64,000 nt of DNA, taken from Armatimonadota bacterium. Its GTDB lineage: Bacteria; Bacillota; Desulfotomaculia; Desulfotomaculales; Nap2-2B. Below are positions 1 through 9,223 of the stretch, one piece after another (positions within the stretch are counted from its first letter, which is position 1; each line of letters begins with the position of its first letter). Under the pieces are notes generated by a model. The model searched no databases. It worked only from the letters and a program-made list of their open reading frames with translations, and was not told where the DNA came from. The DNA lies in contig JAIMBK010000007.1 in NCBI GenBank assembly GCA_023511535.1, positions 3,866 to 67,865 of the forward strand, in the 5' to 3' direction. Both the position numbers and the translations under genes were made by a program.

Positions 1-328
1 TCAGCCGCCTGTTCCGGGACTGCTTTTCTAAGACAGAAAGGGAGGCCACGATAGAAACGCCTGCCTTGATCAGGGCGGCCATCTGCCAGAGCAAAATGAC
101 CACGTCGGACTGCTTGACCCGGCTTATTTTAACTAAAAAATCATTTAGATTGATAGAAGGTACGGGCAGCGCCTCTGCAGCCGAAGGCCGGTCCTTTTCT
201 TTTAAGCTGGTGATGGTCAGGCCCTGCCTTCTCAACACTGAAGCGGCTTCCGAAAGGCTGCCGGCCCCAAGTGTTCCCCTGGCGGCTTTGCCGTCGCGGC
301 CGATAACTTCGTAGCTGTACTGAGGCAT
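1..328 (-). CDS. pilC: Type IV pilus/T2SS inner-membrane platform protein PilC/GspF, N-terminal part (runs off window start; not in ORF track)
   Basis: Manual translation from ATG 328: MPQYSYEVIGRDGKAARGTLGAGSLSEAASVLRRQGL...VKQSDVVILLWQMAALIKAGVSIVASLSVLEKQ, typical PilC N-terminus; follows pilB/pilT operon. Confidence 0.85.
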   Translation of the reverse strand, partial: MPQYSYEVIGRDGKAARGTLGAGSLSEAASVLRRQGLTITSLKEKDRPSAAEALPVPSINLNDFLVKISRVKQSDVVILLWQMAALIKAGVSIVASLSVLEKQSRNRRL

Positions 329-385
329 AAAATTCCACACCTGCCGTTTTAAAGCACTTTTAAATACCTGAAACAAGGCGTGTGA

Positions 386-1216
386 CTATTTTTTAGCCTT
401 CCATGAATAAACCAATCCCGAAACAAAAAGCAGGAACACGGCGCTTGTAAACACGCCCGCCGCGACCGGAAACGGCTGCTTTATATCTTCAAAAAGTTCC
501 CAGGGAGGAAGGGTCAAAAACCTTTCGGTAATTACCGTCTGCTGCGCGGCATTTTGCTCAAACTCCCGGACCGTGGCGCGCTCCGGCACGCCGAAATTTA
601 CCTTTTTGCTCAGTTCGAAATAATTCCCTGAAAAGACATCGTCTTTTACCTTAACCGTAAATGACTCGCCGGTCGACCGGCGAACAAAGGTAAATTGATA
701 ATTCTCCAGCGAAATATTTTTGGACAGTTCCTGCAGGTTTTTGTACGACGCGTCCTTTACTTCGGTCCCGTCCGGCAAAACGAGGCCGAAATCGCCTTTT
801 GCCTTTACGCCGCGCACGTCAGGCCCGGCGCCGGTCAGGTATTGAAAAGAAACCACGGAAGTATATGAGGGAAGAGAGCTGACCACCTTGATGTCGTCTC
901 TTTCTGGTGTTTCTTTGCCCCAAAGCGCTTCTATGCCTGCCTGCATGGCTCTGTAAGCGCACGCCACATCAACGGTGGACCCCGCTCCCCCCGTCTTTTC
1001 CCTGCAATAGCCGGCCACATCGGCAAGGGATATCTTGAGAAGAGTATCCCCGTCGTAGATTTCAACGGGAGGCAGGTCCAGGTGCCTGTTCAAAGCCGAA
1101 TGAGCTTCTGCCGGACCGGCCGGCATGAACATTATCCAGAGCACAAGCATTACCCGGATCAAAAATAAAGCGGCCGGAACCTTTCCGTTTCTGCGGGTAT
1201 AATGCTCACATTTCAT
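386..1216 (-). CDS. Exported, C-terminally membrane-anchored FmdE-like (putative metal-binding) domain protein
   Basis: Signal peptide (AEA|H), C-terminal TM plus KAKK tail; CAYRAMQAGIEALW...ERDDIKVVSSLP...FTFVRRSTGE resembles FmdE N-terminal domain and the repeats in 20699..23671. Confidence 0.6.
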   Translation of the reverse strand: MKCEHYTRRNGKVPAALFLIRVMLVLWIMFMPAGPAEAHSALNRHLDLPPVEIYDGDTLLKISLADVAGYCREKTGGAGSTVDVACAYRAMQAGIEALWGKETPERDDIKVVSSLPSYTSVVSFQYLTGAGPDVRGVKAKGDFGLVLPDGTEVKDASYKNLQELSKNISLENYQFTFVRRSTGESFTVKVKDDVFSGNYFELSKKVNFGVPERATVREFEQNAAQQTVITERFLTLPPWELFEDIKQPFPVAAGVFTSAVFLLFVSGLVYSWKAKK

Positions 1217-1247
1217 TACATAATCCCCTCGCTTTAAAATTTTCCGC

Positions 1248-2888
1248 CTACCATTCCATAGTCGCCTTGAAGATATCGGAAGCGGTCGCCACCCCCCGGC
1301 GCAGCTTGATGATCCCGTCCTCGCGCAGGGTGCGCATTCTGCCTTTTACGTGTTCTTTGATGACTGCCGTATCGGCGCCGCCGGCGACTAGTTTTTGCAG
1401 CCCCTGGTCGAGCACCAGGAGTTCGAAAATACCCGTTCTTCCCCTGTACCCCGTCCCCTGGCAAAAAGCACAGCCCTTGCCGGCGTAAAATTCCTCGCCG
1501 CGGCCGGGGCTCAAGCCCAGAGCCAACATTTCCTCCGGGGGCGGGGTATATTTCTGCCGGCACCGGGGGCAAATCACGCGCACCAGCCGCTGGGCCAGCA
1601 CGGCCCGCAGGGCGGAACTCACCAGGTAGCGCTCGCAGCCCATGTCGACGAGCCGCTCAACTGCGCTGGCCGCGTCATTCGTATGGAGGGTGGAGAGCAC
1701 CAGGTGGCCGGTAAGGGCGGCCTGCAGGGCCAGGCCGGCGGTCTCGCCGTCCCTGATTTCGCCCACCATGATGATATCGGGGTCCTGCCTTAAAATGGCC
1801 CGCAGGGCGCTGCTGAAGGTCATTTTTTTCGACGAATAATCCACCTGGGTCTGGTTCACGCCCTCCATCTGGAGCTCGATAGGGTCTTCCACGGTAGTGA
1901 TATTCACGCTGTCGCTGCGCAGGTACTTGAGCGCGGCGTACAAAGTACTGGTTTTGCCGCTGCCGGTGGGCCCGGTAACCAGGATCAGCCCGTGGGGCAG
2001 GTCGAGCAGACTGCGGAAGGACTCCTGCACATCTTTTTCCATCCCCAGGTCTTCGATTCCCAGGAGCCGTTCCTGGGAGGGCAAAAGCCTTAAAACGGCC
2101 TTTTCCCCGCCGGCGCAGGGCAGAGTGGAAGCCCTGATGTTTGTAGAATTGCCATTCTCATCCGGCCTGAACACAAAACCTCCGTCCTGGGGGCTGCGCC
2201 TATCGGCAATGTTCATGTTGCACAGGACTTTAATCCTTGAAATAAGCAGCGGCGCCATGGCGGCCGGTATCCGGTCCACGGTCTTGAGCGTCCCGTCGAT
2301 GCGCAGGCGGACGCGCAGGCCGTCGCTTCCCGGCTCCAGGTGCAGGTCGGAAGCACGCTGGGCGACGGCTTTAAGGAGCAGCCCGTCCAAAAGTTTTATG
2401 GCGTCAGCCGCTCCTCCCGGGGCGTCCGGCCCCTCAACCGCCGGCGCCGCTTCCCCGCTGTCTTCGGAATAAGCCTGCCGCCGGACGGCGGCAAGCTCGG
2501 AGGAGCCCATGAGGACAAGGTGCACCCGTTTGCCGGTAAGCCTGCGCAAGTTCTCCAGGATTGCGCTGTTAACCGGTTCGGAACAGGCAATCAACAGGTC
2601 ATTCTCCTTTAAAGCCACGGGGACGATGTTATGCTTGAGCGCAACCGGCCTGGGCACCATGGCCAAAACGTCGGGGGTGAGCAGGACCTCGTCGACCGGA
2701 AACGTCTGCAGGCCGAAAAATTCACCCAGCAAAGGGGTTAACCGGTCTTCCTCCAGGTACCCCTGCTCGACAAGCACCTCGCCCAGCTTTTTATTCGAAC
2801 CGCGCTGGGCTCTCAGGGCGGCGGCCAGTTCCTGCTGGCTCAGCACGCCCCTGGCGACGAGAAATTCCCCCAACCTCTGCCTGGGCAT
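1248..2888 (-). CDS. pilB: Type IV pilus assembly ATPase PilB/GspE
   Basis: N-terminal RLGEFLV...KLGEVLV (MshEN-like), Walker A GPTGSGKT, TVEDPIE, LRQDPDIIMVGEIRD, CxxC...CxxC zinc motif. Confidence 0.95.
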   Translation of the reverse strand: MPRQRLGEFLVARGVLSQQELAAALRAQRGSNKKLGEVLVEQGYLEEDRLTPLLGEFFGLQTFPVDEVLLTPDVLAMVPRPVALKHNIVPVALKENDLLIACSEPVNSAILENLRRLTGKRVHLVLMGSSELAAVRRQAYSEDSGEAAPAVEGPDAPGGAADAIKLLDGLLLKAVAQRASDLHLEPGSDGLRVRLRIDGTLKTVDRIPAAMAPLLISRIKVLCNMNIADRRSPQDGGFVFRPDENGNSTNIRASTLPCAGGEKAVLRLLPSQERLLGIEDLGMEKDVQESFRSLLDLPHGLILVTGPTGSGKTSTLYAALKYLRSDSVNITTVEDPIELQMEGVNQTQVDYSSKKMTFSSALRAILRQDPDIIMVGEIRDGETAGLALQAALTGHLVLSTLHTNDAASAVERLVDMGCERYLVSSALRAVLAQRLVRVICPRCRQKYTPPPEEMLALGLSPGRGEEFYAGKGCAFCQGTGYRGRTGIFELLVLDQGLQKLVAGGADTAVIKEHVKGRMRTLREDGIIKLRRGVATASDIFKATMEW

Positions 2889-2901
2889 TCTCTCTCCCCC
2901 G

Positions 2902-4008
2902 TTATTTAAGGCCTAATTTTTCTTTTAACAGGGCCGGGTTGCGGGCACCCCTGAGCGCCGTAAAACGGTCGACGGCGCCTGCTTTGACCAGTTTTTCCAG
3001 GGACTGTTCCATGGTCTGCATGCCCGCTTTTATCCCGGTTTCTATGGCCAGGTGGATGTGCTCCTGCTTCCCGAGGCGGATCAGGTTGCTGACGGCCGGC
3101 GTCACCATCATCACTTCCGCGGCCAGGACCCGCCCTTTGCCGTCGGCGCGGGGCAGCAACTGCTGGGAAATAACCGCCTTCAGCGAGACGGACAGCTGCT
3201 GCCTCACCTGGCCCTGCTCCTCCGCCGGGAAAACGCCGATCATCCTGCTGATTGAAGAGACGGCGTCCCGGGAGTGAAGGGTGGAAAAAACCAGGTGCCC
3301 CGTTTCCGCCGCCATGATTGCCGCGCGAATGGTCTCCAGGTCGCGCATCTCGCCGACCAGGATGACGTCGGGGTCGGCCCGCAGGGCCGAGCGGAGGGCG
3401 TCGGCGAAGGATTCCACGTCCGTGTGCAGTTCCCGCTGGTTGACAATGCTCTGCCGGTTGAAATGGACATACTCAATGGGATCTTCGATGGTGATTATGT
3501 TGTACCTGAACTTTTCGTTGATCCTGTCGATAATGGCAGCCAGCGTGGTTGTTTTACCGCTGCCGGTGGCGCCCGTAACCAGGACCAGCCCGTTGGCCAG
3601 GCCGGGCAGGCCGTAAACGGACTCCGGCAGGCCGAGGTTTTCCAGGGAAGGGATGTCATCGGCAAGCCGGCGGATGACGCAGGTGATCGAGCCTCTTTGA
3701 AAGTAGGCGTTGACCCGGAACCGGCCGATTCCGCTCAAGCTGACGGCCAGGTCGACCGAAAATTTTTTCTCCAGGACTTCTCTCTGCCGGGGAGTCAGAA
3801 TCTGGTCCAGAAGACGCCTGATCTCCCCCGGGGTCAGCGGCCGGTAACGGTCCAGGGCCGTCAGGCGCCCCGCCACCCGGAGCACCGGCGGCGTGTTGGC
3901 CGTCAGGTGCAGGTCGGAGGCATCCCGCTCCTTCGCCTCCTTAAGCAGTTCATCGACGTGAAAGACAAGCTCGCTTCCGGCGGCCGAAGCAAATGCCGGG
4001 CCCATCAA
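2902..4008 (-). CDS. pilT: Type IV pilus retraction ATPase PilT
   Basis: ASDLHL, GATGSGKTTT, LRADPDVILVGEMRD, AAETGHLVFSTLH, AVSNLIR (AIRNLIRE-like), GMQTMEQ. Confidence 0.93.
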   Translation of the reverse strand: MMGPAFASAAGSELVFHVDELLKEAKERDASDLHLTANTPPVLRVAGRLTALDRYRPLTPGEIRRLLDQILTPRQREVLEKKFSVDLAVSLSGIGRFRVNAYFQRGSITCVIRRLADDIPSLENLGLPESVYGLPGLANGLVLVTGATGSGKTTTLAAIIDRINEKFRYNIITIEDPIEYVHFNRQSIVNQRELHTDVESFADALRSALRADPDVILVGEMRDLETIRAAIMAAETGHLVFSTLHSRDAVSSISRMIGVFPAEEQGQVRQQLSVSLKAVISQQLLPRADGKGRVLAAEVMMVTPAVSNLIRLGKQEHIHLAIETGIKAGMQTMEQSLEKLVKAGAVDRFTALRGARNPALLKEKLGLK

Positions 4009-4020
4009 ACCCCCCCTCCT

Positions 4021-4653
4021 TTAAATAAGCAGCTCGATAGTGATCACGGGACCGCCGGCTTTGGCCGCGTCCTTGCCCGCGGTTTTAGCGCCGGCATCAA
4101 TCTTGAGGTTTTTAATCAAGATCAGATACTCTGATTTCATTAGCGCTTCCCCAAAGCGGGCAAGGCCGCCGGGATCCCCCTCCAGAACCAGGCGGTATTC
4201 CTGCCAGTTGTACAAACTTGCCCCTTCCGGCAAAATCGAAACGGGTTTTTCCGCCTGTTTGGCGGGCCGGGCGTCTTTCTCCGCCTGCGCGGACACGGAT
4301 TTCAGTTCAATCAGGTCCATTCCGCAGGCAAAGGCCAGGCGGTTGATTTCCGTTACGGCCCCGGTAACCTCGTTCTCCGCCTGCGCTTTTTTAAAAACGG
4401 GCGCAATGTTTAAATTATTTTCCAGTTCCGCCGCCTCTTTCTTTTTTTTCCTGATTTTTTCTTCCAGGAGGCTGCTCCCGGCGGCCATCTCCTGGCTCGC
4501 CACTTCTTCCCGCAAGGACCTCAACTCCTGGCTTGATTTCTTGTATTCTTTCATTACCGGATCGTAGACCTTGTTCAGGTAAAAGTAAAAACCGCCGCTC
4601 AGAGCCACGATCAGGATTAAAATTTTTTGCATCCTGGTCAATTGCCGTTTCAC
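4021..4653 (-). CDS. PilO/GspM-like alignment protein
   Basis: Single N-terminal TM, coiled coil, C-terminal alpha/beta domain; position after PilMN. Confidence 0.7.
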   Translation of the reverse strand: MKRQLTRMQKILILIVALSGGFYFYLNKVYDPVMKEYKKSSQELRSLREEVASQEMAAGSSLLEEKIRKKKKEAAELENNLNIAPVFKKAQAENEVTGAVTEINRLAFACGMDLIELKSVSAQAEKDARPAKQAEKPVSILPEGASLYNWQEYRLVLEGDPGGLARFGEALMKSEYLILIKNLKIDAGAKTAGKDAAKAGGPVITIELLI

Positions 4654-4659
4654 ACTGCT

Positions 4660-6168
4660 TCAGGCCCCCTTACCGCGGGTGTCGGCGGGCCGGGCTTCAG
4701 CGTCCAGCAAAACCTTGATGCTGAACTCATAAACGTTGTTCGCCACCTCCGCGGTCATTTCTTTTTCCCCGCCCGAGCCGGCTATTTTTTCGGTTATTTT
4801 TTCGGTTGCCGTCCGCCGGGAAATGCTTTCTATGTTCACCTGCCTGCACCACTCCTTGCCCTGCAGGGTCATGGCCAGCACATTAACGGAGGCCGGGCTG
4901 GAGCATTCCCCCTGCACAGAATACAGGTCGTCGCCGAGCGGCTCGAATTTCTTTAAAGTGAAATCCGCCGGCCCGCTGCGTGCCAGCGTGGAAAGCAGCG
5001 CCCAGAGGACTTTTTCTTTATCCAGGGCGCTTCCCTGCAAAAAGTCCAGCTTTTTCTTCAAAGTTAAAATTTGTTTTTCTATCTCCTCGGCTTCGTTTTT
5101 CAGCCTGGAATAACTTTCCTTCTGCGCTTGCAGGGCGCCAACTTCCGCATTACAGCGGCTGAGCTGTTGTTTCAAGAAAACGTAGTGGCCGCAAAAGAGC
5201 ACCACAACGGCCAGCACGGCCGCCACGGGAAGAACCTGCACCCTTTGCCGGATCAGCCTGGCCAGTTCCACGCCGTCGTCAACGCCGGCGCTTTTCCAGC
5301 CCCCCCGAAGATAGATCTGGCGCAGGCCCGCCCCGAGGGCGGAAGCGAATGCGGGCGTAAAATCACCACCCGCCTGGAGGTGTAAAACGGCGGCGTCGGC
5401 ACCCATTTTTTGCCGGAAGAATTCAACAACGCCCGCTTCAAGCCCGCCGGGCCCGGTAAGCAAAACTTTCCGGCCGGCAACCCCCCAGGCCTCAAAAATT
5501 TCTTTCAGCGAGGGCTCCGGTTCGGCAGAGGGCAGGCCGTCCAGGTGGGCGCGGCTCGCCGCCAGGCCCGCCGGCAGGGTCCGGAAGGCGGTGATCTTGC
5601 CGTCCTCAACCAGGGCAAACTTCATCGCCTGCCGCCCCACGTCGACAACCACCCAGTCTTTTTCCTTGCCGGCAAACACGGCCCCCACGGGAAAGCAAAC
5701 GTCCGGCGGGTATACTTTTTTCAGCCTGAGGTTGCATTCCGCAAACACTTTTTTCAGGCTCCGGTAATCCTCGTCCAGCATCACGGACACCCGGACCCCC
5801 GTCTGCCCTTCCCCGGTCTCAAAGCCCACCTCGTAGCCCACCAGGCTCTCCGCGGCGGGGATGACCATGTACGGCTCGGCTTCCCAGCGCAGTGCCTCTT
5901 TTAACCGGGACGACTTCAGCTTGCGCATCCTTTTGCTGTCCATGGCGAGCTCGATCACCGCCGCCAGGGGGCTGACCACCACAGCGCTTTTCGGGCATTT
6001 GGCGATCCGCGAGGTAATCATGGACAGCTCCGCCGCGGTGATCATCTCGCTTTCTTCCGCGCGGTCGAGCTGAAGGCAGTCGCTGACCGCAATACCTCTA
6101 AAATTTCGCCTGAGCACGGCCGCCCTCAAGGTCATCCCGTCAATTTCAACGGCCAGCACGGAGAACAA
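4660..6168 (-). CDS. Fused PilM-PilN alignment protein
   Basis: Actin-like PilM N-terminus (VLAVEIDG, LRWEAEPY, VVVDVG, VLLTGPGG), TM, coiled coil and PilN-like C-terminus. Confidence 0.8.
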   Translation of the reverse strand: MFSVLAVEIDGMTLRAAVLRRNFRGIAVSDCLQLDRAEESEMITAAELSMITSRIAKCPKSAVVVSPLAAVIELAMDSKRMRKLKSSRLKEALRWEAEPYMVIPAAESLVGYEVGFETGEGQTGVRVSVMLDEDYRSLKKVFAECNLRLKKVYPPDVCFPVGAVFAGKEKDWVVVDVGRQAMKFALVEDGKITAFRTLPAGLAASRAHLDGLPSAEPEPSLKEIFEAWGVAGRKVLLTGPGGLEAGVVEFFRQKMGADAAVLHLQAGGDFTPAFASALGAGLRQIYLRGGWKSAGVDDGVELARLIRQRVQVLPVAAVLAVVVLFCGHYVFLKQQLSRCNAEVGALQAQKESYSRLKNEAEEIEKQILTLKKKLDFLQGSALDKEKVLWALLSTLARSGPADFTLKKFEPLGDDLYSVQGECSSPASVNVLAMTLQGKEWCRQVNIESISRRTATEKITEKIAGSGGEKEMTAEVANNVYEFSIKVLLDAEARPADTRGKGA

Positions 6169-6222
6169 AGGGACCGCCTCCTCCTTCCAGACGTCGACCC
6201 GGCCAGGCGCCCGCCCGGCAGG

Positions 6223-9087
6223 TTATTCATCCCTTCTGACATATACAACCAGGCTTTCCTCCGCCGGGCACTGGCTCCCGCCGGCCCCGACAAATACCGC
6301 CGGCGGATACGCGCCCGCAATCTCCCCTGCTGTAGCCTGAATTTCAATCCGCCGCCTGCCGGCAAAAACATCGCCCGGAAGCGCAAACGTCCTGCTTTCG
6401 CCGGGGGGGACGGAAATGCTTGCCGTTAAAGGATCTCCTGCGGGCTGATGGTAAAGGGTGACCGTCACTTCGGCGGCCGGTGGCTGCCCCGCCTCCTGGT
6501 AATTAATACATTTTCCGTTCGGGTCCCACAGCGTGCATGCGTACTCCTTCGGGGTAAGGTTAACGACCCGGCCCTTTACGGCCATGCCGGCGGCCTTCCA
6601 CGCGGAGTCTTCGACGGTTAACGCAATGTTGTCGTCCGCGGTATCGATCTTCTTGTCCCGCCCGGCGCTGGCAATAGTCAGGCGGGTCGCCTGAAGAAGA
6701 TCCGGAGCGTCGTATTCAAAGTGCAAAGGCGTCCCCCAGGAGTCGCGTAAAACCTCGTTTTCCCCTTCCCCCCACGGCTTTGCGAGGTAGGGGCCGCGCC
6801 AGGCAAAACCTCTGGGCCCGGCAGGGGGGGGATCGGGGGGATCGTGATCGCTGTAACCTTCCGCGGGGTCCCAGGCCCACAGGCCGCGGGGCTGGCCCCC
6901 ACCGGCAGCTGAAACCTCCCACCCGGCGCCGGTCCACTGCCAGAGCTTCGGCCACTGGCCCATGTCGCCCAGATAACCCCCGACGAGGGGCCGGCCGCAA
7001 GTGTCGAAGGCGTCCGGCGGGCCGGTCAGCGCGCTCTTGATGCTTTCCAGAATCCGGCGGGTCTGTTCTTCCTGGACGTCCAGGTTGGGGGTGTACCATT
7101 CGTCGGGAGTGATTTCCAGGACGACGTTGTCCTTGTTTGCGGGGGCGTCTCTGGCGTAAGAACCCCTGCTCAACGGCCCCGGCGGGCTGCTTTCCGCCGG
7201 CAGGGCCACCTTGCCGTCCGGGCCGGCGCTGATTACCAGCAGGTAAACGCCGCGGGCGTCCTGCTCCTTGATAAAAAACAGCGCCCGCCCCCAGGCGTCG
7301 GCCAGGATCCCTTCGGTCCTCCGCAGGGGGCTCACGTCCTGGTTTGCGTTGTCGAACGCCGCCCGGGGGTAGGCCAGGTAGGGCCCCTTCCAGGAGGCCC
7401 AGTCAATACCGGTATCCCGGTCGAATTTTTCCCACAGCCCGAGCGGCTGGCCGATAAAGGTAAAATCAACCCCGTCGCCGCCGCTGTAAACTTCCTCGCC
7501 CACCGCGGCGCCCTCCGGTTTTTGCCAGCGGTTTTCGCCGGCGTCCCAGGTAAACTTATACAGCCTGGGCAGGGCGTCCATGTCCCCCGCGTACCCCCGG
7601 ACCACGCGCCGCCCCCGCTCGTCATAGGTGTTGGCCGGCCCGGCGACGGCGGCGCGGACGGCTTCCAGCCGCTCCCGGGTGGCCTTGACGCGGCCCGCTT
7701 TGTCCAGGTGGCCGATAAAGGGCACGAACATGGCGGCCAAAAAGCCCAGAACGGCGATGATTACGATCACTTCCAGCAGAGTAAATCCGCCCGCCCGGCG
7801 GACGTCCCGCAACACTTGTCGCTCTCCCCCCACGCCTGCCGCGGCAATATTTTCTTCCGGGGCCGCTGTTTCCCGGGCGGGCGCCGCCCTGCCGCCGCCG
7901 GCCGCAAGCATCCCCAGCACGATCCAGAACAGGGGCATGACCAGGATTGTCTCGAAGTGGAAAAGCCCCTGGACGAGGTAGACGGCGGCCATGGCCGGAA
8001 GCTCGGGGCGCGCCCGGAACCGGTGCCGCGCTTCCCATAAAACAAAACCTAAAAACGCCAGGTAGGCAATCAGGGCGAACATGCCCATGGTCACGGCCGT
8101 TTCCAGGTAAAGGCTGGGGGTTTTGTCCAGAAGAGAGGCAAAGGGCAGCATCCTGGCGACGTGCGTCAGGTGGTCGGGCCCCAGGCCGAAGGCCCAGCAG
8201 TGGGGCAGCAGCCGCAGGGCGCTTTGCCAGGCAGCCGCCTGCTCCAAAGGGCTGGTCACCCCCACTTTACCCGCGAGGCCCCAGAAAATTATCCCGGCCG
8301 CAAAGAGCAGCGTGACGCCCGGCAAAACCAGGGCGGGCGCCAGCCACGCCCTTTTCCTTTCCGCAGCGAAAGAATACCGGGCGACCACGGCCAGGCCGAA
8401 AACAGCTCCCATCCACGCGCCCCAGTTGAAGCTCACCAGGAGCCCGGCGTAAATGACGGCCGCGGCGGCAAGCCAGGCCGGCCGGCGGCGGCCGGCGTAA
8501 ACGGACAGGGCGGCGGGCAGGACAAAGGCGGCATAGGTACCGAGGTAGTCGGGGTTGCCCAGGGTGCCGTAAGCGGTCAAAGCCCGGCGGAAGGGCTCGT
8601 GGGGCACCGGGTTCAGGCCGCAGACCTGGAGCACGGCCAGGAAGGAGACGATCACCGCCGCGGCGGCCATGCAGGCCGGGAGCTTTTCGCTGTTGTCGGC
8701 CCGGGAGGCGAGAACGAACAAAACGGCGCAAAAAAGATAAGTGCAAAGGCCGGTGTAGCGCACGGGCGCGCCCACCCAGGCGGTCGCGGGGTAGGCGGCC
8801 AGCGCGGCGGCCGCCAGGGCGAAAAAGAAAAAGAACCCCAGGGGGACGAACGCGCGGCCGCCGATCCTGGCCTTTTCTTTGAGCAGGACCGCCAGCGCCA
8901 GCAGGGACGCGGCCGCCAGGGCCAGGTACCGCGGCGCGTAAAAGTAATCCGGCGGGTGGTTCCCCAAAAAGGATAATTGGTTGGGCACGACCAGCAGGGG
9001 GTAGACGGCCGCCATAAAGTAAAGGATCAGATTTTTAAGGTCAGCCTGTCGGCATCCGCCGCGCCAGTTCTTCACGTTTAAGGCCAA
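6223..9087 (-). CDS. O-antigen ligase/pilin oligosaccharyltransferase-like membrane domain fused in frame to a prepilin with two GspG-like domains
   Basis: Likely TTG start 9087 after GGAGG; many TMs with GTLGNPDYLG and FGLGPD; internal class III site GG|FTLLEVIV; two W(K/R)GPYL...D(A/S)WG...SAGxD repeats. Confidence 0.8.
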   Translation of the reverse strand: MALNVKNWRGGCRQADLKNLILYFMAAVYPLLVVPNQLSFLGNHPPDYFYAPRYLALAAASLLALAVLLKEKARIGGRAFVPLGFFFFFALAAAALAAYPATAWVGAPVRYTGLCTYLFCAVLFVLASRADNSEKLPACMAAAAVIVSFLAVLQVCGLNPVPHEPFRRALTAYGTLGNPDYLGTYAAFVLPAALSVYAGRRRPAWLAAAAVIYAGLLVSFNWGAWMGAVFGLAVVARYSFAAERKRAWLAPALVLPGVTLLFAAGIIFWGLAGKVGVTSPLEQAAAWQSALRLLPHCWAFGLGPDHLTHVARMLPFASLLDKTPSLYLETAVTMGMFALIAYLAFLGFVLWEARHRFRARPELPAMAAVYLVQGLFHFETILVMPLFWIVLGMLAAGGGRAAPARETAAPEENIAAAGVGGERQVLRDVRRAGGFTLLEVIVIIAVLGFLAAMFVPFIGHLDKAGRVKATRERLEAVRAAVAGPANTYDERGRRVVRGYAGDMDALPRLYKFTWDAGENRWQKPEGAAVGEEVYSGGDGVDFTFIGQPLGLWEKFDRDTGIDWASWKGPYLAYPRAAFDNANQDVSPLRRTEGILADAWGRALFFIKEQDARGVYLLVISAGPDGKVALPAESSPPGPLSRGSYARDAPANKDNVVLEITPDEWYTPNLDVQEEQTRRILESIKSALTGPPDAFDTCGRPLVGGYLGDMGQWPKLWQWTGAGWEVSAAGGGQPRGLWAWDPAEGYSDHDPPDPPPAGPRGFAWRGPYLAKPWGEGENEVLRDSWGTPLHFEYDAPDLLQATRLTIASAGRDKKIDTADDNIALTVEDSAWKAAGMAVKGRVVNLTPKEYACTLWDPNGKCINYQEAGQPPAAEVTVTLYHQPAGDPLTASISVPPGESRTFALPGDVFAGRRRIEIQATAGEIAGAYPPAVFVGAGGSQCPAEESLVVYVRRDE

Positions 9088-9134
9088 AGCCGGTACCTCC
9101 ACCCAGATCACTGGCGGAATCTTTCTCCCGCCGT

Positions 9135-9203
9135 CTTTCCCGCCGGAGGGTTTTCCGGCGGGAAGTTAAAACAGGGGCGGGGCGCCCGCCCCCACCCCTG
9201 TTT
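9135..9203 (-). terminator. Two stem-loops downstream of the major pilin (probable terminator/mRNA stabiliser)
   Basis: ttcccgccgga...tccggcgggaa and aaaacagggg...cccctgtttt inverted repeats. Confidence 0.65.
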
Positions 9204-9223
9204 TAAGCGCCCGGATCAAGCTG

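Noticed and set aside
4660-6168. PilM-PilN fusion as a novelty
   Set aside because: Fused PilMN is already known from clostridial type IV pilus loci
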